The notes: generated by a model not told the origin, from the sequence alone. A stretch of 64,000 bases of DNA from the human T2T-CHM13v2.0 reference genome, Homo sapiens (GCF_009914755.1 NC_060947.1), one strand, 5' to 3'; positions 1-15,600 are shown, counted from the first letter of the stretch. Program-made: numbers and translations.

Positions 1-1232
1 GACATGCATTTCATACATGAAAGAGCTGAACTGGGTCACCTAAGACATCTGGAGATATCTTTAAAGTGTGAAGCTGCTAATATTTGCAATGATGGACATA
101 CATCCTTTGCAGCATGGGTGCAACTGCTTTCTGGGCTCCAGTGACTTCCCTAGTGCTACTGTAATCTACTAAGTAAATGAGCATTTTTTAATAAAGAGCA
201 ATTTGTCTAATGAGCAGGGTTGGTTACTCACTGTGGAAACACAGCATGTGATTAAAATTACACTAGCAGAATAAAGCAGAGCAATTGAGTCGTTGACAGC
301 CCCTTCCCATAACCTCATTTAAGTCTTTCTCCTTCCTCAGAATAGAGCTCTAACTACAAACTGCATACAGAAGCATCAGGCATTGTCATGCCTTGTGATG
401 GCTCCCATCCAGTGCCAGCAGGACTAACTGAAGCTTCAGGCCCCAGAGAATAGGGCCAGCCCCAGAAACAGTTAGGAAGGTGGAACGCGGTACCAGGAAA
501 ACAGCAAGCCATCAGTACTGGGGAGTCAGACCTCAAGTGGTAGCCATACTGCCAAGTAGCCATGGCCCAGCCACAAGAAATTGAGGAACCAGCAAGCCTC
601 AGGACACATTGATCAGATTTTCTTTAATAGTCATGTTTGCAGCTAAGATCTGTAAAAAGAGTTGGTGGGGAGAGGAAAAAAATAGATTAGGATTTGATAT
701 TATTATCTGAAACATCTGCCTTGAGTTTTAGAGGATGTCAAAACCAAAACTAATTGCCAGGTAGATCTAGAGGGCTGTTTAATATTTTAGTTGGTAGATT
801 TAATTAAAGAGGTTAGGAAAATCAAAGTATAATTCATTTTGGACTAGTCAAATGGAATGCATCTGATTAATTTCTCAGCAGGTAGACGGGCCTCAGCCAT
901 CATGTTAGCTTTGAAGGAAGGACTCAGGCCATGGGGGAAGGCCTGACAAGAGCAGGGCATGGCTTCTGTCTTAGGAACCGGGCTGCATTTCAAGACAAGC
1001 CCATGGCCCTGGACACGAGATTCAGTTGTAATGACTGGGACATGAAGGGAGTCTTGCTCTCCACTGGTAGCGGACCTGAGTCTTGGGTATAAGGTAGGAG
1101 GAAGCAAGGAGGACTTGGTGTCACAGTCTTGTTGCCGCTGGCTCCTGCCTCAGGACACAGGGGTTCTGTTGCCTGGTGTGTGCCCAGGTGGGCCCAGCTC
1201 TTGCTGAGGCTGCCAGTTAGGCACCTACCCCT

Positions 1233-1662
1233 GTTGTTAGTTTCCTAGGGCTGCTGTAACAAAATATCAGAAACTTTGTGGCTTAAAACAACAGAACTTT
1301 ACTCCTTCACCATTCTAGAAGTTTGAAATCTGAAATCAAGATGTTGGCAGGGCCACATTCCCTCTGAAGGCTCTAGGGGATAATCCTTCCTCGCCTCTTC
1401 CAGCTTCTGGTGACTCCAAGCATTCTTTTCTTGTGGCCACGTCACTCCAATCTCTGCCTCCATCTTTACATGGCCTTTTCTCCACTGTCTGTGTCTTCTC
1501 CTCTTCCGTCTCTTATGAGGACACTCTAAATCCAGGATGATCTCCACATTTCAAGATCCTTTGTTTAATTATATCTGCAAAGACCGCTTTTCCGAATAAG
1601 ATTGCAATCACAGGTTCCAGGTGAACATATCTTTTGGAGGGACACTACTTGAGCCACTTCAC
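1233..1662 (-). mobile_element. MaLR solo LTR (MLT1C-like)
   Basis: tgttagtttcctagggctgctgtaacaaa...ggcttaaaacaacagaa...gttggcagggccacattccctctgaaggctctagg resembles the MLT1 consensus in reverse. Confidence 0.75.
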
Positions 1663-2026
1663 CCTGAATTTTGAGTTTCCTATTCGTTCCACATCGCTCT
1701 GTGTGGAGACTACTTGTATTGGCACTGTTGGTGTGGCTGCCCAGCTCCTTTCAGAGTGTTCAGAAGCCTGATGGATATCCAGTGCTACTGCTCAGTGGGC
1801 CAAAATGTGGACAGGTCAAGGCCCAGACATTGAAGGCATAGTTCTGACACTCTCATCATGCTACAGCTGGGGTGTTTGCCATAATTGCTACTAATCATAG
1901 TGAAAGCTTTTAAAAATGGTTTTACAATCTTCTTCTGGAAAATTTTTTTCTCCATTCATAATAAAATGAGTGTTTTAATGAACAAGAGGGCATTCAGCTC
2001 CACACCTCCATTTCTGTTAATTTTAA

Positions 2027-2330
<304 letters not shown>

Positions 2331-3087
2331 TTTGTGTTCCTTCTAAATTAGCAGGTACATACAGGGAAAAGAGGTTTGGCTTGGACATCAACAGATATGG
2401 GTTCTCATCTCAGCTCAGGCACTACCAAGGTGTGTGACCAAAGCATATGTACTTTCCCTCTCCGGGCTCGATATTCTTCAATTGTGAAATAAAGGATTAG
2501 GAAATGTGTTCTCTGAGGACCCTTCCACAATTGAGCCTCTTTACTTTTCCGTTGGTGGTGCTTCTGGAGAAACTGCTTTGCGCCGGTCAAAGCCAAGTTG
2601 AATTAAGACAACGATGTGAATTTCCATGTCTCCTACACCAGGAATTGCTGACCTCACTCCACTTCCCTACTCTAGCCCCCAGATGTAGTAACATTCATTT
2701 GGGATAATTATTCTCTCCAGTAGGCCTGCCTTGACTCACGTCTCAGCCCCAGGACTCCAATGGCCTTGTTTCCTAAGAGACCTGAACCCAATGGCCAGAC
2801 CTCTCTTCCAAGAGAGGAGGGGAGACTGAGGCCAGAAGAACCATGTGCATGACTGCAGTGGCTCTCCCCATACACCCAGACACACACAACATGGTTTCTC
2901 AGGTGCCAACACCTGGAGCTAGTTTATAATTATTTCTCAAGTTCTCTGAGTTTGACTCACCTCTTTTCAAATAAATGGATGTTTTCCTGTGGCTCAGTTA
3001 TTATTCTTTCCATATTGAAGTTAGTAATATATGCTCACTGAAGAGGGAAACAAGATTTAGTTTTACAAATTCCTACAAATTACGTCG

Positions 3088-3149
3088 ACTAACACAGATG
3101 AAACAAAATCACTAACACAGATGAAACTAACACAGATGAAACAAAATTC
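3088..3149 (+). repeat. Short tandem triplication of ACTAACACAGATGAAA(CAAAAT)
   Basis: Three copies of actaacacagatgaaa visible directly. Confidence 0.85.
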
Positions 3150-4249
3150 TGTCAATATTTTCGATATAAGAAAACCACAACACGTTTCTCTTCAAAGCTA
3201 CTTCGACAACTCCCTTCCCACAGGCCTTGGCATGTGAAGGCTGCACTTACTCCCACAAATTCAGAGGGCTCTTGGATGAGTAAAAAGTGGTACCCAGGTT
3301 CTGCATCCATCCCAATCACTTACTGGCTTCATAACCTTGGACAAGTCATTTCCCATCTATGAGCTTCGCATCTCTTCTCTGAAGACAGGGTCATGGCGTG
3401 CCTGGCCTGGCTACCTGCTTAATCCACAGTGCCACCATTACCATCAGAGGTTAAGGCCACCACTAGGAAATCACAACCAACTATCCGTTGCTGTTCACTT
3501 TATCCACTAGACAGGGCCTCCGAAGTACATGACCCAGGGCTACCACTCACATGGAGTGCACTGTGAACAGAGCTCCCTGGAGTGTGGCACTGGGAAGAGG
3601 ACTGGCCTATATCACAATCTGAGGCAGAAAGAACTGCTTCTAGGTCTCCTTGTTGTATGGAGGAAAAAAATATTTGATTGGCCTATGGGGTCTCTAACTG
3701 ACCCTCATGCTTAGATAACATTTGGTGATCTATAAAATGGTTTCAAATCAATTATTTTATCCATCTAGCCATCCTGTGAGGCAGAGCTTATTATCTTCAT
3801 TTTCTAGAAAAGAAAAGTAAAGATCAGAGAGGTTGGCTGACTTTCCAAAAGTCTACAGCTCATAAATGATGGACCTGGAGCTTACACCCAAGAGTTCAGG
3901 CTTCCAGATGTTCTTCCCACAATTTAAATAAGCTCTGAGTTTGAGGATGTGGACATAAGCTTAGAGGAAATTTTATCTATATATTTATTAATTTATTTAT
4001 CCATCTAATATTTATTGAGCAAATACTAACTAGAGGTTTTTGCTGTCCCAGGTGGGGCATTGGGCTCTTCATTTAAACTGAGGGTCAATCAAGTCAGATG
4101 TCAGGTTTGCTTTTTTTTCTCTTTCAGTCATAGATATAAGCATGTAGTCAGAAGATCAGAATTTTGTTTTAGAATAATTTCAACATCTGTTTGCAAGGGA
4201 GGATTGTCTTCTAATTTTCCATCTATTTTTCTTTGCTATCTGAAGTGGC

Positions 4250-4510
4250 TCTGTGCATCGTGGTTAAGAGTATAGACCATAGATTATGGACCTAAATTGT
4301 CTGAGTTCAAATCTTACCTCCACTACTTGCTAGCTGTATGACCCTAGGCAGGTTACATACCGTCTCTGTTTTCTAATAAGTAAAATAGGGATAATATCAG
4401 TAAGCTACCTTATAGGGTTGATGGGAGAATTGAATGAATTCGTATTTTCCAAGTGCTTAAAACACTGCCTTGCCCATGGTAAGTGCTATATAACTATTTG
4501 TCATTATAAC
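4250..4510 (+). mobile_element. MIR SINE
   Basis: gtggttaagag...gagttcaaatc...ccactacttgctagctgtatgaccctaggcaggttac...aaaatagggataata core. Confidence 0.75.
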
Positions 4511-5914
4511 CATCATTGTCCTTATGATAAGAAGATGGAAAAGAAATGAGGAAAGACTCAGGAAAATCACAGGGAAAGTGGCAAGTAGAGCGGCATGATA
4601 TAACTAAACATAATCAGACAGACCTTATTAAATTATCTGCAGTATCTCACCCTCCACCACAGGCAGCAACAAATCCAATAGAAAAAGATGCCTTATGTCT
4701 GCCCTGCTTTCTATTGTTTGGTCATTGAAGATAAAACCCATCTGTTAGAGAGAAACACTCAGAAAGGGCTGTTTTTGACAAATGCAGTGCAGAGGGGTAT
4801 ATAACTACTTGTATGGAGGATTACGCCTGTAGCCACCATACCCAGGGCAATCCCTTGTCCTCCCTACCCATCTGAGATGTGTTGGTTCATGAGAATTCCC
4901 TTGGTTAAGGACACAAATTAATTAATCTAGGAAAACAAAGCTCTTTTCTTTCATCCAGATTTTTAAGTCCCAACAAAGTTCTCAGTATGGTTTCTTCTTC
5001 TGTGAATTCATCACCACTGTGGAAACGAGGTAAGAGCGCTGGACCACCCAGGAGTGAGATAATCTGGGATGGAGCCCTGGCTCCACCACTTGCTGGCTGT
5101 GCGACCTCTGGCAATTTGCCTCTGCTCTCTGCACCTCTACACCCCACCTTTGGTAGACTTTAGGGCTAAGGCTTAGCTCTGAAGTTAGGGAGTTTGATGA
5201 TGAGATTATTTAAGTTACCTCTGGGAGGAAGATGTCTCTCATCCCAACTTACTCCAGGGTTTCCTGCCAGGCCGAAGCACCTTTCTCCATCCCTGTGTCA
5301 ATATCACTCCTCAGGCATTGTCTCACCCTTGTGTTACAGCCATTTCCTCTAATAGCCAGGAAGTACCTAGATGGTGGGGGCTGTGTCTAATTTTTCTGCC
5401 TTCACCTTCTGCTAGACTACTTGATTAATATTCGTGACATATGAACAAATGAGCAAAGTGGAGCGTATATTACACAAGCCTAAACTGTGGTGTGGTGCAG
5501 GGATCCCGAGTTAAGAAGCAAAAGTTTAGCTAACATTGGTGCTTGCTGCCCATGGGTCTCTGAGCTGAGCCTGTCTCACACTTTGGACCTCAGTTTCCCC
5601 ATTTGTGGCATCCCATGTCTCTAAGGCCACTTTTGAGAGCTTTCTGCTTTTTTCTACCAATGTGTACCCATGTCTCCTCTTTGTACACACGCTGAGTGTC
5701 ATCTGGAGGAGACCCAGACTCTCTTCTGAGGTTGTCATGGTTTTACTCTTCCAAAGAGAGCAGCTCCTACTTTGGGGTCCTGCACCCAACAACAGTTCCC
5801 AAATCTTTGAATGCACCAGCCCTGTAGGCTCAGGATGTATCCCTCTCCAAATCCATTCTTTTGCCCTGAACTCCACCCCTGACTCAAGTGGCAGAGTTGG
5901 GCGAGTTTGATAGA

Positions 5915-6110
5915 TCAGTCAGTGGTTCCCCAAATTGGCTGCCTGTCAGAATCACCAGGAACACACATATAAAAATACAGAGAACTGAGCAAACCCCAGC
6001 CTCTGCCAAATTTAACCTTCTGGCATGTGCCCAGAGATCTGTATTCTTAAGTCCTATCAGCTCGACACTGGATCACCATTCACCATTGGAGACTCATTGG
6101 ACCATATTAC
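5915..6110. mobile_element. MER5-like hAT-Charlie MITE
   Basis: cagtggttccccaaattggctg...agaatcacc...gcccagagatctgtattcttaag...ttggagactcattg. Confidence 0.55.
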
Positions 6111-9100
6111 TCCGAACATTTTAGCATCCATGGTGACAGCTTCTTCACTCCTGTTGTTCTAGAACAGGGCAAAATATATTCTCCATTCTCTCCCATGCCA
6201 TCCCCTCAGAGTTTACTGTTGCCAATATATAGCAATGGTATCAGTTCATCAGGGGAACCAGGCGGAAAAACCTTGAGCTATTCACAAATGTCTTATTTTG
6301 TGTCACGTAACAGCTTTCATCTTTATGCTGGTAGGTCTCAGGTTTCAAAGGGCTGCATTTTCACTATGCCCTGTGAGAAGTTTAATTAAAGTTTCCCAAC
6401 AAAGACATTGTCTCCTGCTATAGCCCATGGACATATCTGCACTGGAAATTAATGTAAGGTTTAGAAAAACAAAAAGTGTTTATGAGAAATGCACCACCCT
6501 CCTGCTGTCAGGTTTTACATAATGATAATGCTTTCAGGGTGTCTAAGATGGGTGGGTGTTTTTTTTTTTTTTTTTTTTTTGGGAGAAGAGGATATCCATA
6601 CTACTCAAAAAGAGGAAGTTTGAATCTGAACATCACTGACCCCTTGCTGGAAGATAAGCTTGGGAGAGCATGGGCTTGGGAGTCAGCAAAGCTGAGTCAT
6701 AATTCTAGCTCTGCAGCCAGTTTGCTGGAAGGTCCAGCCTTTGATGGTCCCATCGGTAAGTATCTCTTGCATGAAATCTAAAGGCAGCATCAATATGGGC
6801 AGAATAGTCATGGTCTATCCTATGCCTTCATCTACTCTGCAGCTTCCATCCCAGGACCGTGACCCTGCATGTCACTTTCACAGGGACAGTGTACATCCTC
6901 GGTTCAAAATCAGCATCCAGTAGCCTCTCTTGGGTCCTCAACTGAAGGCTTCTTGAAAGCTTGTGAGATACTGCAGGCCAACAGCAAAATGTGAACTCAA
7001 GCTCCCTGTTGCCAGCATTCCACAGAAAGGATGTTTCCCATACACAGCAAAGCACAGACAGAGAGTATCTGGCTTCTGTTTCCCCTCCACCCTGCAAAAG
7101 AAAACAAAACAAAACAAACAAAAAAGCCATCCACATACAGCCCCTTAAACCAAAAGCTATCCTAGAAGTTACTTCACCCAGAGGGAATACTTTTCACATT
7201 TCTGTTTGTTTGGTGGTCGGGGCGAGGTGGGAGAATTAATGCTATTAGGAGGCGGGGGACATTCTCAGAACACTCTTCTGTGATGAGCAGTAACAGTTCA
7301 AAATGTGAGCCGCCTGAAGGGCCCAACGATGGGACACAAGAGCTGGGGCCAGCCATTCATTAAGGAGCACCTTGGCTTGAATCATGTGCAGGAATCGCCT
7401 CAAACTTCTTGGTTTCCACTGGTAACCTGGCACCCAGAACTGCTGTGCACGGGCTCTGCAGGGGCCCCCATAGTAAGCACAGTGAGGCTGCCTTCCAAAG
7501 TGCAGCCATCAGCCTCACAAGCAGTCCCGAAAATGCCCGAAAGATCGTTCCATTTAGAGGGGTCAGCATGCCTTGCAAAGGACGCATGCTGAGCCACACA
7601 GCTCCTGGCATCTCTGTCTCAGACGCTCTCTCTCTGCTCCCCGTTTTGCCGTCTCTGCTCCTGGGATTAGATGAGCAGGGAAGGCGGTAAGGACAAAGTC
7701 ATTATTCACAAAGAATTTACCTTCATCTATTTTATTCCGAAATCAGTTGAGAAAATGATAGCTCAAGTGCTACCTTTCTAGTTAGCCATAAGCGGTTCTT
7801 CTAGAAGTGCCCATTTTATTATTGAATAAACATTTGGGCTGTGTTGAAGTTGGCACAAACTGCAAGAAGACTACTCAGCTTGGAGGAATCTGTTAGTTTT
7901 TTCTTTTTCTGTTTTTTCTAATTGATCTATGGGTGACACCAAACCCACATGTTTATATTCCCTTTTCTTCAGTGTGAAGAATAAATAATAGATTGTGATT
8001 CCCTGATTAAAGTTGAGACCTAAGCAGGAGGAGAACGTGCTCAGGTCACTACTGTCGAGACCTGTAAGGAGGGAAAGATTCCAGACACTGCTCATACCTC
8101 AAAGAAGTGACCTTTCGCTATGAATTAATCGTTTGGAGATCGTATTTCTCATGTGCTTTACTCACAGGAGGAATTGATTAGAGGCTGAAATTAATTGCAA
8201 ACTGGGATTAACCATTTCCTTTTATACTGTGGTTAAAATTTATTTTTTAGCTGTAGTTGCCTTAATGCCTTTATGCCAAGGTTTTTCTTTACTGTACTGC
8301 TAATTCCAGGAAATTCCCCACAGTGAATGGACATGTCTGCCCACTCAGTCACTCAAAAAAACATGAAGCCTGAAAGGCAATAAACTAAACATTGCTCTGG
8401 ATTAGCAGAGCCTGGGCAGGGCAGAAAATGTTTAATTCTTAATCAGAAATGGATTTGATTGCTTCAGAAGTTTGAGGGCAAAGGCTGGAGCAGCTACAGT
8501 GAAGGTTATTCACGTGACTGAAAGGGGGGAAAATACTGAGTGTCCCAGTTCATAGCCGGTTTAACCTGAAATAACAAGGCAAGATGGTTACCCCAAAGTG
8601 AATGCACTTTTTGGCTGCCTTTTTATTGATGACATGGAGTGTCCAGTTAAGCAGAAGGTGGAGAGTCTTATGCCCTCTGCTCCGGGCAAACACCATTTAG
8701 AATGCTGTGGGGTGTTCTATCGATCACCCTTCAAGGGTAGGGGGCAGCGAGACTATAGCACAGCCCAAGAAAGTGTTACAGAGCATATCAGAAAGAACGC
8801 ATGTTTCTGTGGGAAACCTTGTTTGAATTTCTATCCTTAAGAAGCTCACAGTTTTTGTGTAAGTTACAGTAAGAAAATGTACTCAATGGGAAGCAGCATA
8901 AGGGAGGCCCAGAGAAATGCTAAGTACCATTCAGAGGAGGAGTGCTCACTTCCACCTGGAGTAGCAGGGCTGGGGGCCTCTCCAGCTTTGTAGGGAAGGG
9001 GGCTTTGGTAATTGCTCTCTCCTCTGACCTCCCACAGCACATTGTTTACTCCTCTGTTAGAGTGTTCAGTATGCCGGACTGCAATTGTCTGTTTATGTGT

Positions 9101-9549
9101 CTGTCTCTCCAATTAGCCCTCAAGCCCTCACAGGGCAAGGGGCATGCTTTGTTCATCTCCCTATTCCCAGGGCCAGACACAGTTTCTGCACAGTGAAGGG
9201 CCTCAGGGAAGCTTTGCTGAACCTAGCAGGGAAAGCAAAACTTCTTCTGAAAGCAGCGCTTTGGTTTTCTCTATAAGGAAGGAGGTGATTCATTCCACCC
9301 AGAGCAGTGGGGGTTGGAGATAGATATCTGTGTATGGGTTTGTGTTGTCTCCCCAACTGGGCTGTGAGCTCTTTTCAGGAGGACTGTGTCCCTCTTGTCT
9401 CACTATTCCCTGAGCACCCACCCATCCCAGTGTCTGCCCAGGGACAGGGAACTCACTGGCAGGGAGTTCCAAGGTGATGGGATCCCTTCTCTTCCGACAA
9501 ATTCATAGAAACATGGATAAAACACAATTCCAAATTCCTTTTAATACTT

Positions 9550-12500
9550 GGTGCACACCTCAGAAATTACTTGCTTGTTAGTTACAAGGTGTGTGTGTGG
9601 GGGAAATGTAACTTTACAGTAGAGAGATTAGGCTGTCATCACCTTAACCCAGGCAGCAATCTTGGCACCCTTAATAATGGGACAACCAGATCTCCTAATG
9701 TGATGCAACAGGAGACACACAGCATCCCCTATGAAATATTCTTGCAAGAAGTCAAGCCATTAAACCTGATTTTCAATTTACAGAAAATATAGAGACAGAG
9801 GATCAAGTTAAACAATCACAAAGAAATAATCAGTCAAAGCTAGAACACTGGAGAACGTTCAACACGGCTGGTCTGGTTTCTACAAAAAGTCAGTGTCATA
9901 GGGATGGTTCTAGATTAAAATGGAATAAGAAGACATAACAAAAAGTGTCTTTCTTCATTGGTGTGTAATTCTTTGGATCCTGATTTTTTCAAAAGCAGCT
10001 ATACAATGTAGTTTGGAAACAATTTATGAAATTTGAATACTACTTGATAATAGGTTGATTTTCTTAAGTATAATATTGGTATTATGGTTATATAGGAGAA
10101 TGTCCTTATTTTTAGGAAATACAAATTAAACTAATTGGAGGCCACATGCCATGGTGGCTACAACTTATTTTGAAATGTTTCAGAAAACTAATAGATAAAG
10201 TAAATGTGGCAAGAAAAAAATACTTTTAAATATCGAATATGAGTGTTTGGGTATTTATTACACTATTCTTTCTGCCTTTCTAAAAAAGAATTCTTATAAA
10301 AAATAAAATATATTGCAAAATTTGAAGAAAAAAATGTAAAAATTTCTAATCACCTCAAATACAGAGAAACAATAAATGCAGAGCAATAAGTATAAGTAAA
10401 TCTTGGAGTAGTACTTAGAAAATGTGAACCTGATATAAGTGCCAGGTGCTGGGCATTGGGTCCCAGGCATAGAGAGGACATATGTTTGGAAGACATGTCC
10501 ATGTTACATAGAGGAGTTAGAATCACTTCTTTGCATAAAGGCCAGAACCTTGAAGAGTCCTTCTTCTCATAGACTGGAAAAAAGTCAATCACCCAGAGAA
10601 GGAGTAAGGAAGCTTCATGCCCACCCAGGCTTTGGAGGGACCCCATGAGAAATGTCTCTTATGAGAAATCTCACACTTCCCATAGAAATGGGGTCAGAAT
10701 TTATAAAACTTGCATGGGACAGGAATCACAAGTCAGGCCATCATTGTGAAAGCTGGTCTAAAACCAATGAAACTTCTGGGATTCTTGGCAAAAGGAAGCA
10801 CCAAGACTGTAGAGACTCACAAACCAGGGCACACTGTCCTCTAACATAATAAGTAACCCTCACTAAATATGCCCTCACCCTAAAATAAAAATTGCAAACT
10901 ACACAAGAAAATGAACCTTTATGAGAGAGACTCAGCAGACACAGCAGAAGAACTATCTAGCTAAAATCTTAGAATAATAGAACAATCTGAAAGAAACTGT
11001 AAAGCACATATATTTAAAATAATGACGGAGATAAAAATAAGCCACAATGAAAGAACAGGACAAGGTGATAAAATAAGAGTTGAAAAAGAATCCTGGTTCT
11101 TCTCAAAATGAAACATAGTTTTAAATTGAAAAACTCAGTGGATGAGATAGCAGATGGGACACTGCTAAAGAAAGAAACAGTGAACTGAAAGATAGAGCTA
11201 AGAAAATCACCTGGAATGCAAGAAAGAGATACAAAGAAATGGGGAATTTGAAAGTGTCATTAGGAAATTTAGAGAATAGAATAAGAAGAGCCAACATATC
11301 TAGTAGGTGATCCAGGAGGAGAAGATATGAACAGAGAGAGGGAGAGGGAGAGAGAGAGAGAGAGAGAGGATATATTTGAAGGAATAAAGACCAATTATTG
11401 AAAATATGATACAAGTGCTCAGATGAAATAATCATACTGAGTCTTAAGCAGAATAAGTAAAAACAAATCTATCCCCTAGACACATTATGATGAAACTTCA
11501 GGACATTGAAGAAAAAAATCTTAAAAGCCTCCAGGGAGAAAAAAATAAATATTACCCTTGAAGAAATGACAACTAGACTGAATATAGACTTTTCATCAAA
11601 AAACAGATGCTAAAAGACAGATGAATATCTTCAAAGTACTCAGGGAAAAAACCGTCAACCTTGAATTCTATGCTCAATTTAATTATCATTTAGAAGTAGA
11701 GCAAAATACATTGTCAAGTGAATAACATTTCAGTAAAATTAGCAAATCAAATCCAGCAATATATAAAAATGATAATACCTCATGACCAAAGGAGGGCTTA
11801 TCCCAGGAATGGAAGGCTGGTTTAATACTCAAAAATCAATCTGTGTAATTTACCATATTAACTAAATAAAAAAGAAAAATAATATGATCATCTCAATAAG
11901 TTCAGAAAAAGCATCTGGAAAATTCAATGTCTATTTATTATTAACAAACAAGCCCCAAAGCCTCAGTGGATCATGAATAGAAAGAACTTCCCCAACCTGA
12001 TAAAGGCTGAATATTCAGAACTGACAACAAATACCATACTTGATAGTAAAACCCTGGATGCTTTGCCCCTAAGATCAGGAGCAAGACAAAGATGTCCATT
12101 CTCACCATTTTATACAATATTGCACTGGAGGTCCTAGACAGTGCAAAATGGCAAAAAAAGAAAAGCATACAAAATAAAAAAGTAAAACCGTTTTTATCTG
12201 CAAAGAGTATGACTGTATTCACAACATTTCTAAGACATCTAAAAACTTATTAGAAGTAATAAATGAATTTAGCAAAGTCACAAATATAAGATCAACATGC
12301 AAAATTTTAGCAACAGATAATACACATACATACTTGCAACAAACAATCGGAAATAAAACTTTTAAAAATACCATTTACAATAGCATCAAAAACCATAAAA
12401 TACTTAGGAATGAATTTAACGAAGAAATATGCCATTCTTCCATGTTGAAGCTACAAAACATTGCAGAGAAAAATTAAAGAGAATCTAAATAAATGTAGAA

Positions 12501-12680
12501 ATATGCCATGCTCAGGTATTGGAAGACTCAATATTAAGATATTGTTTCTCCTCAAATTGATCTATAGATTCAACACCAACCTAGTCAAAATCTAAGCAGA
12601 CTTTTTTTTGATAGAATTAAACAAACATATTCTAAAACGTACATGGAAATACAAAGAACCTAGAACAGTCAGACAAAGAC
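9550..12680 (+). mobile_element. Ancient L1 (L1M-class) fragments
   Basis: A-rich degenerate ORF1/ORF2 sequence, e.g. tatcccaggaatggaaggctggtttaat, atgatcatctcaata, ggaagactcaatattaagat. Confidence 0.7.
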
Positions 12681-15600
12681 TGAGCTTACTCTTTATTCTT
12701 TCATTTAATGTTCATTTATTTATTGAGCACACACTATTGTCAGGCTGTTCCATACCTTGGGCATAAAACATTGAGACAAAGACATAGATATTTGCCTAAA
12801 GATCTACTAAAATATGAACTCAAGCACAGAAATTAAACTGAGAAATGAGTGGAATGCAAGAAGCAATGATGGACAAGAAGCTGGTAAACATATTGGTACA
12901 AGTACAGGCTACACAATGTAATATCAAATGAAAACTAATTGTGTTGCTTTGATATGTTGGATGCTACATTGGGCATGTTCAGAAATAGATTGGTTAGATT
13001 CAAGGATGGAAGCCCACAAAGGACTTCTGGTCTAGTAGGGGAGACGAAGTAAACAGAGAAGTCCGATGGAGGGGCAACATCTACATAGGGCACAGAGAAT
13101 ACATAAGAGGAGAATGTCTGTGCTATCTGGAAGCGTACATCCTGGAAGAACTTCATGGAGAAGATGATGGTTCAGTACACTTAGGGAACCGTCAGGTTTG
13201 ACAGTGGTGGGGGCGGGACAAGAAATGAGTTTTCTGTACCAGGGCAAGGGGTTTGGACTTTAGCATTTATCCTAAAAAGGCTGCCTGCTGCCTGCTTTGT
13301 GAATTTCAGATAAGGGTTGTGATTATTATTTTAAACTCTAGAATTAAAAATAATAATTAAAAGCCACACGTGGCTTTGCAGATACAAAGCATTACGTATA
13401 TAGTCTCTTACTTGGTCTTCACAGCAACCCTATGATGTATAGAGTCCTAAATAAACAGGGGTTCAACAAAGTTAGAGAATTTGATCAAGGACATGTCATT
13501 GGTAAGTAGATGATTTGGCTCTAGAATCTGGCATTTTGGACCTCCAGTGCAGTGCATTGTCCCTAAATTAGGCTGCCCCATCAAGCACTACACTTGCTCC
13601 AGGACAGTGACAGGCTGAACTAGCAAGAATGTGTGAAGGTCTGTTTCTGTTGTGAAGATATCCATGGCTGAATAATCCATAACTTATTTAGTGAAACTCT
13701 TTAGTGTTCCTGATGGTCAGAAAGTCCTCCCTTATGTCTTATCAAAACAAGAACTGTTTCAGTGAAAGCTTGTTTCCTCTTATTTGACTTTTCACTAACA
13801 AAAGGGACTACCTTCATCAGATTCCTTTTTCTAATGTCCCATTCCATCCATATGATTGCAAGAAAAATGGAATGTAGATGATTTCAAGGAGATAGTTTAT
13901 CTTGCTATATCACTGTCCTTCTTCCTTTCTAACCTGTTCTTTTTTTACTGATCCAGGCATTCTTTCCTATTGTCATTTTTCTCTAAGTTTTGGATTTGAC
14001 ATGTTCTTTCTGGAGCAATTTCTGCCTATTAATCAATCATTAAATATTTCTGAAACACCTACACTGTGCTTAACACTTCACATACCTAAAAGCAGCAATT
14101 TTGACTTGATGTTAAGTAGCATTAAGTTTTAGAATAGTGATGGCTGACACCCCACCACACACTCTACATCAATTCCATGTAGACTGAGTGGGTGAAAACC
14201 TCTTGTCAAATTGGAGTTTTTAAACTGGACAAATTTGAATCCCATGTAAATGGACAGCAATCCATGCTGTATTATTTTCCTGTTGTATAATCAAGGGATC
14301 ACAGTCATTTCTACTTGTAAACTGGCATTCTTTTAATTTCTTACAAAAGTCAGAAGTATTTCATCTTACAGAAAAAGTGACCACTTCCCCCTCTTCCCAC
14401 CCACATTAGTTTTTTTTTTCTTAGCTTCCCTGTTTAGGGGGGAAGGATGGGTACTACTCTTCTGCCAATTCAAGAGATTTATAATTCTCAGGTCATCCTT
14501 TTTTCCTTCTTTTCATCTTTCTTTCCTTTCCTCACTCCCTGCTTCTGTTTTCCTCTTTGCTTCCATCCTTCCCTCCTTCCTTCCTTTGGTTCATTCATCC
14601 ATTATACACTCATTAGGCACTATATTCCAGGTGCTAAGGGCACAGAGGTGAATCAGACAAGGCCCTTACCCTTAATTTGCTCTTAGCCCATAGGATAAGC
14701 AAACAAGTAAATAGACAATGATGATATGATACAGTAATGCTGTGAATGGGGAAAGCAGAAGGAGCTTGTGGAGAGCAGAGTAAGGGTAAGGAAGAGATGA
14801 TGGCTTGGGTCCCCACAAATCAGGACAACCTTCCATAGACTCCTCTGAGGAACAGCAAGCACTATAGCCATCAACATTTTGCCTTACTTCAACATTCCTT
14901 AGTGCTTCTTTCACTCACCACACCATGTGAGGGGCACAGTGATAGCTTCTGTGGGAGCTACCAAGGTGAATAAGACAGAGTTCTGCCATCTTGGGGTTCA
15001 TAATCTATTAAGGGAGACCACCAAGGACTCAAATAACTGGAATCCCTGGTAGACTGTGAGAAGAGCCATCAATGGAGATAAAAGCAGTGTGCCTTGGGAA
15101 CCCAGGGAAAGCAGAAGTTCATTCCTACTGGAGGGATATGAGAAGTCCATAACCCAAAAAATATTTCAACTTTCCCTTTTTGATATTGAGTTGCATTTTC
15201 CATAATTCAGCAAAGATTTGAAGACATGGAAAATTGTACTCAATTTGAGAAAGTCTCTGTGGTTCACTTCAGTGCAACAATCTTCTTCGCTTTATCTCCT
15301 GTTGTCACCTACTCACTCTGGCCTGTACATAGAAGTCAGCTAAACTGTGGAAATCAAGAGAGACTGAGAGTCATCTTTCTATAGTGGTCCATGTGTGAGA
15401 GGGGGTTAGGGGAGCCTGGAAGTGACTCTCAGGGTAGTTGAAACTTAGTTACAGGGCTTAGAATGTATGGAACTTCTTGCTCTGTTACTCATCCATCAGG
15501 TAGCACCTATAGATTTCTTAGTTTATTGTCATTGTCTTACCCCTGAGGTGGACTCCAGTGACAGAGGCTTGCCCAGGTCAGATGCAATAATAATATATTT

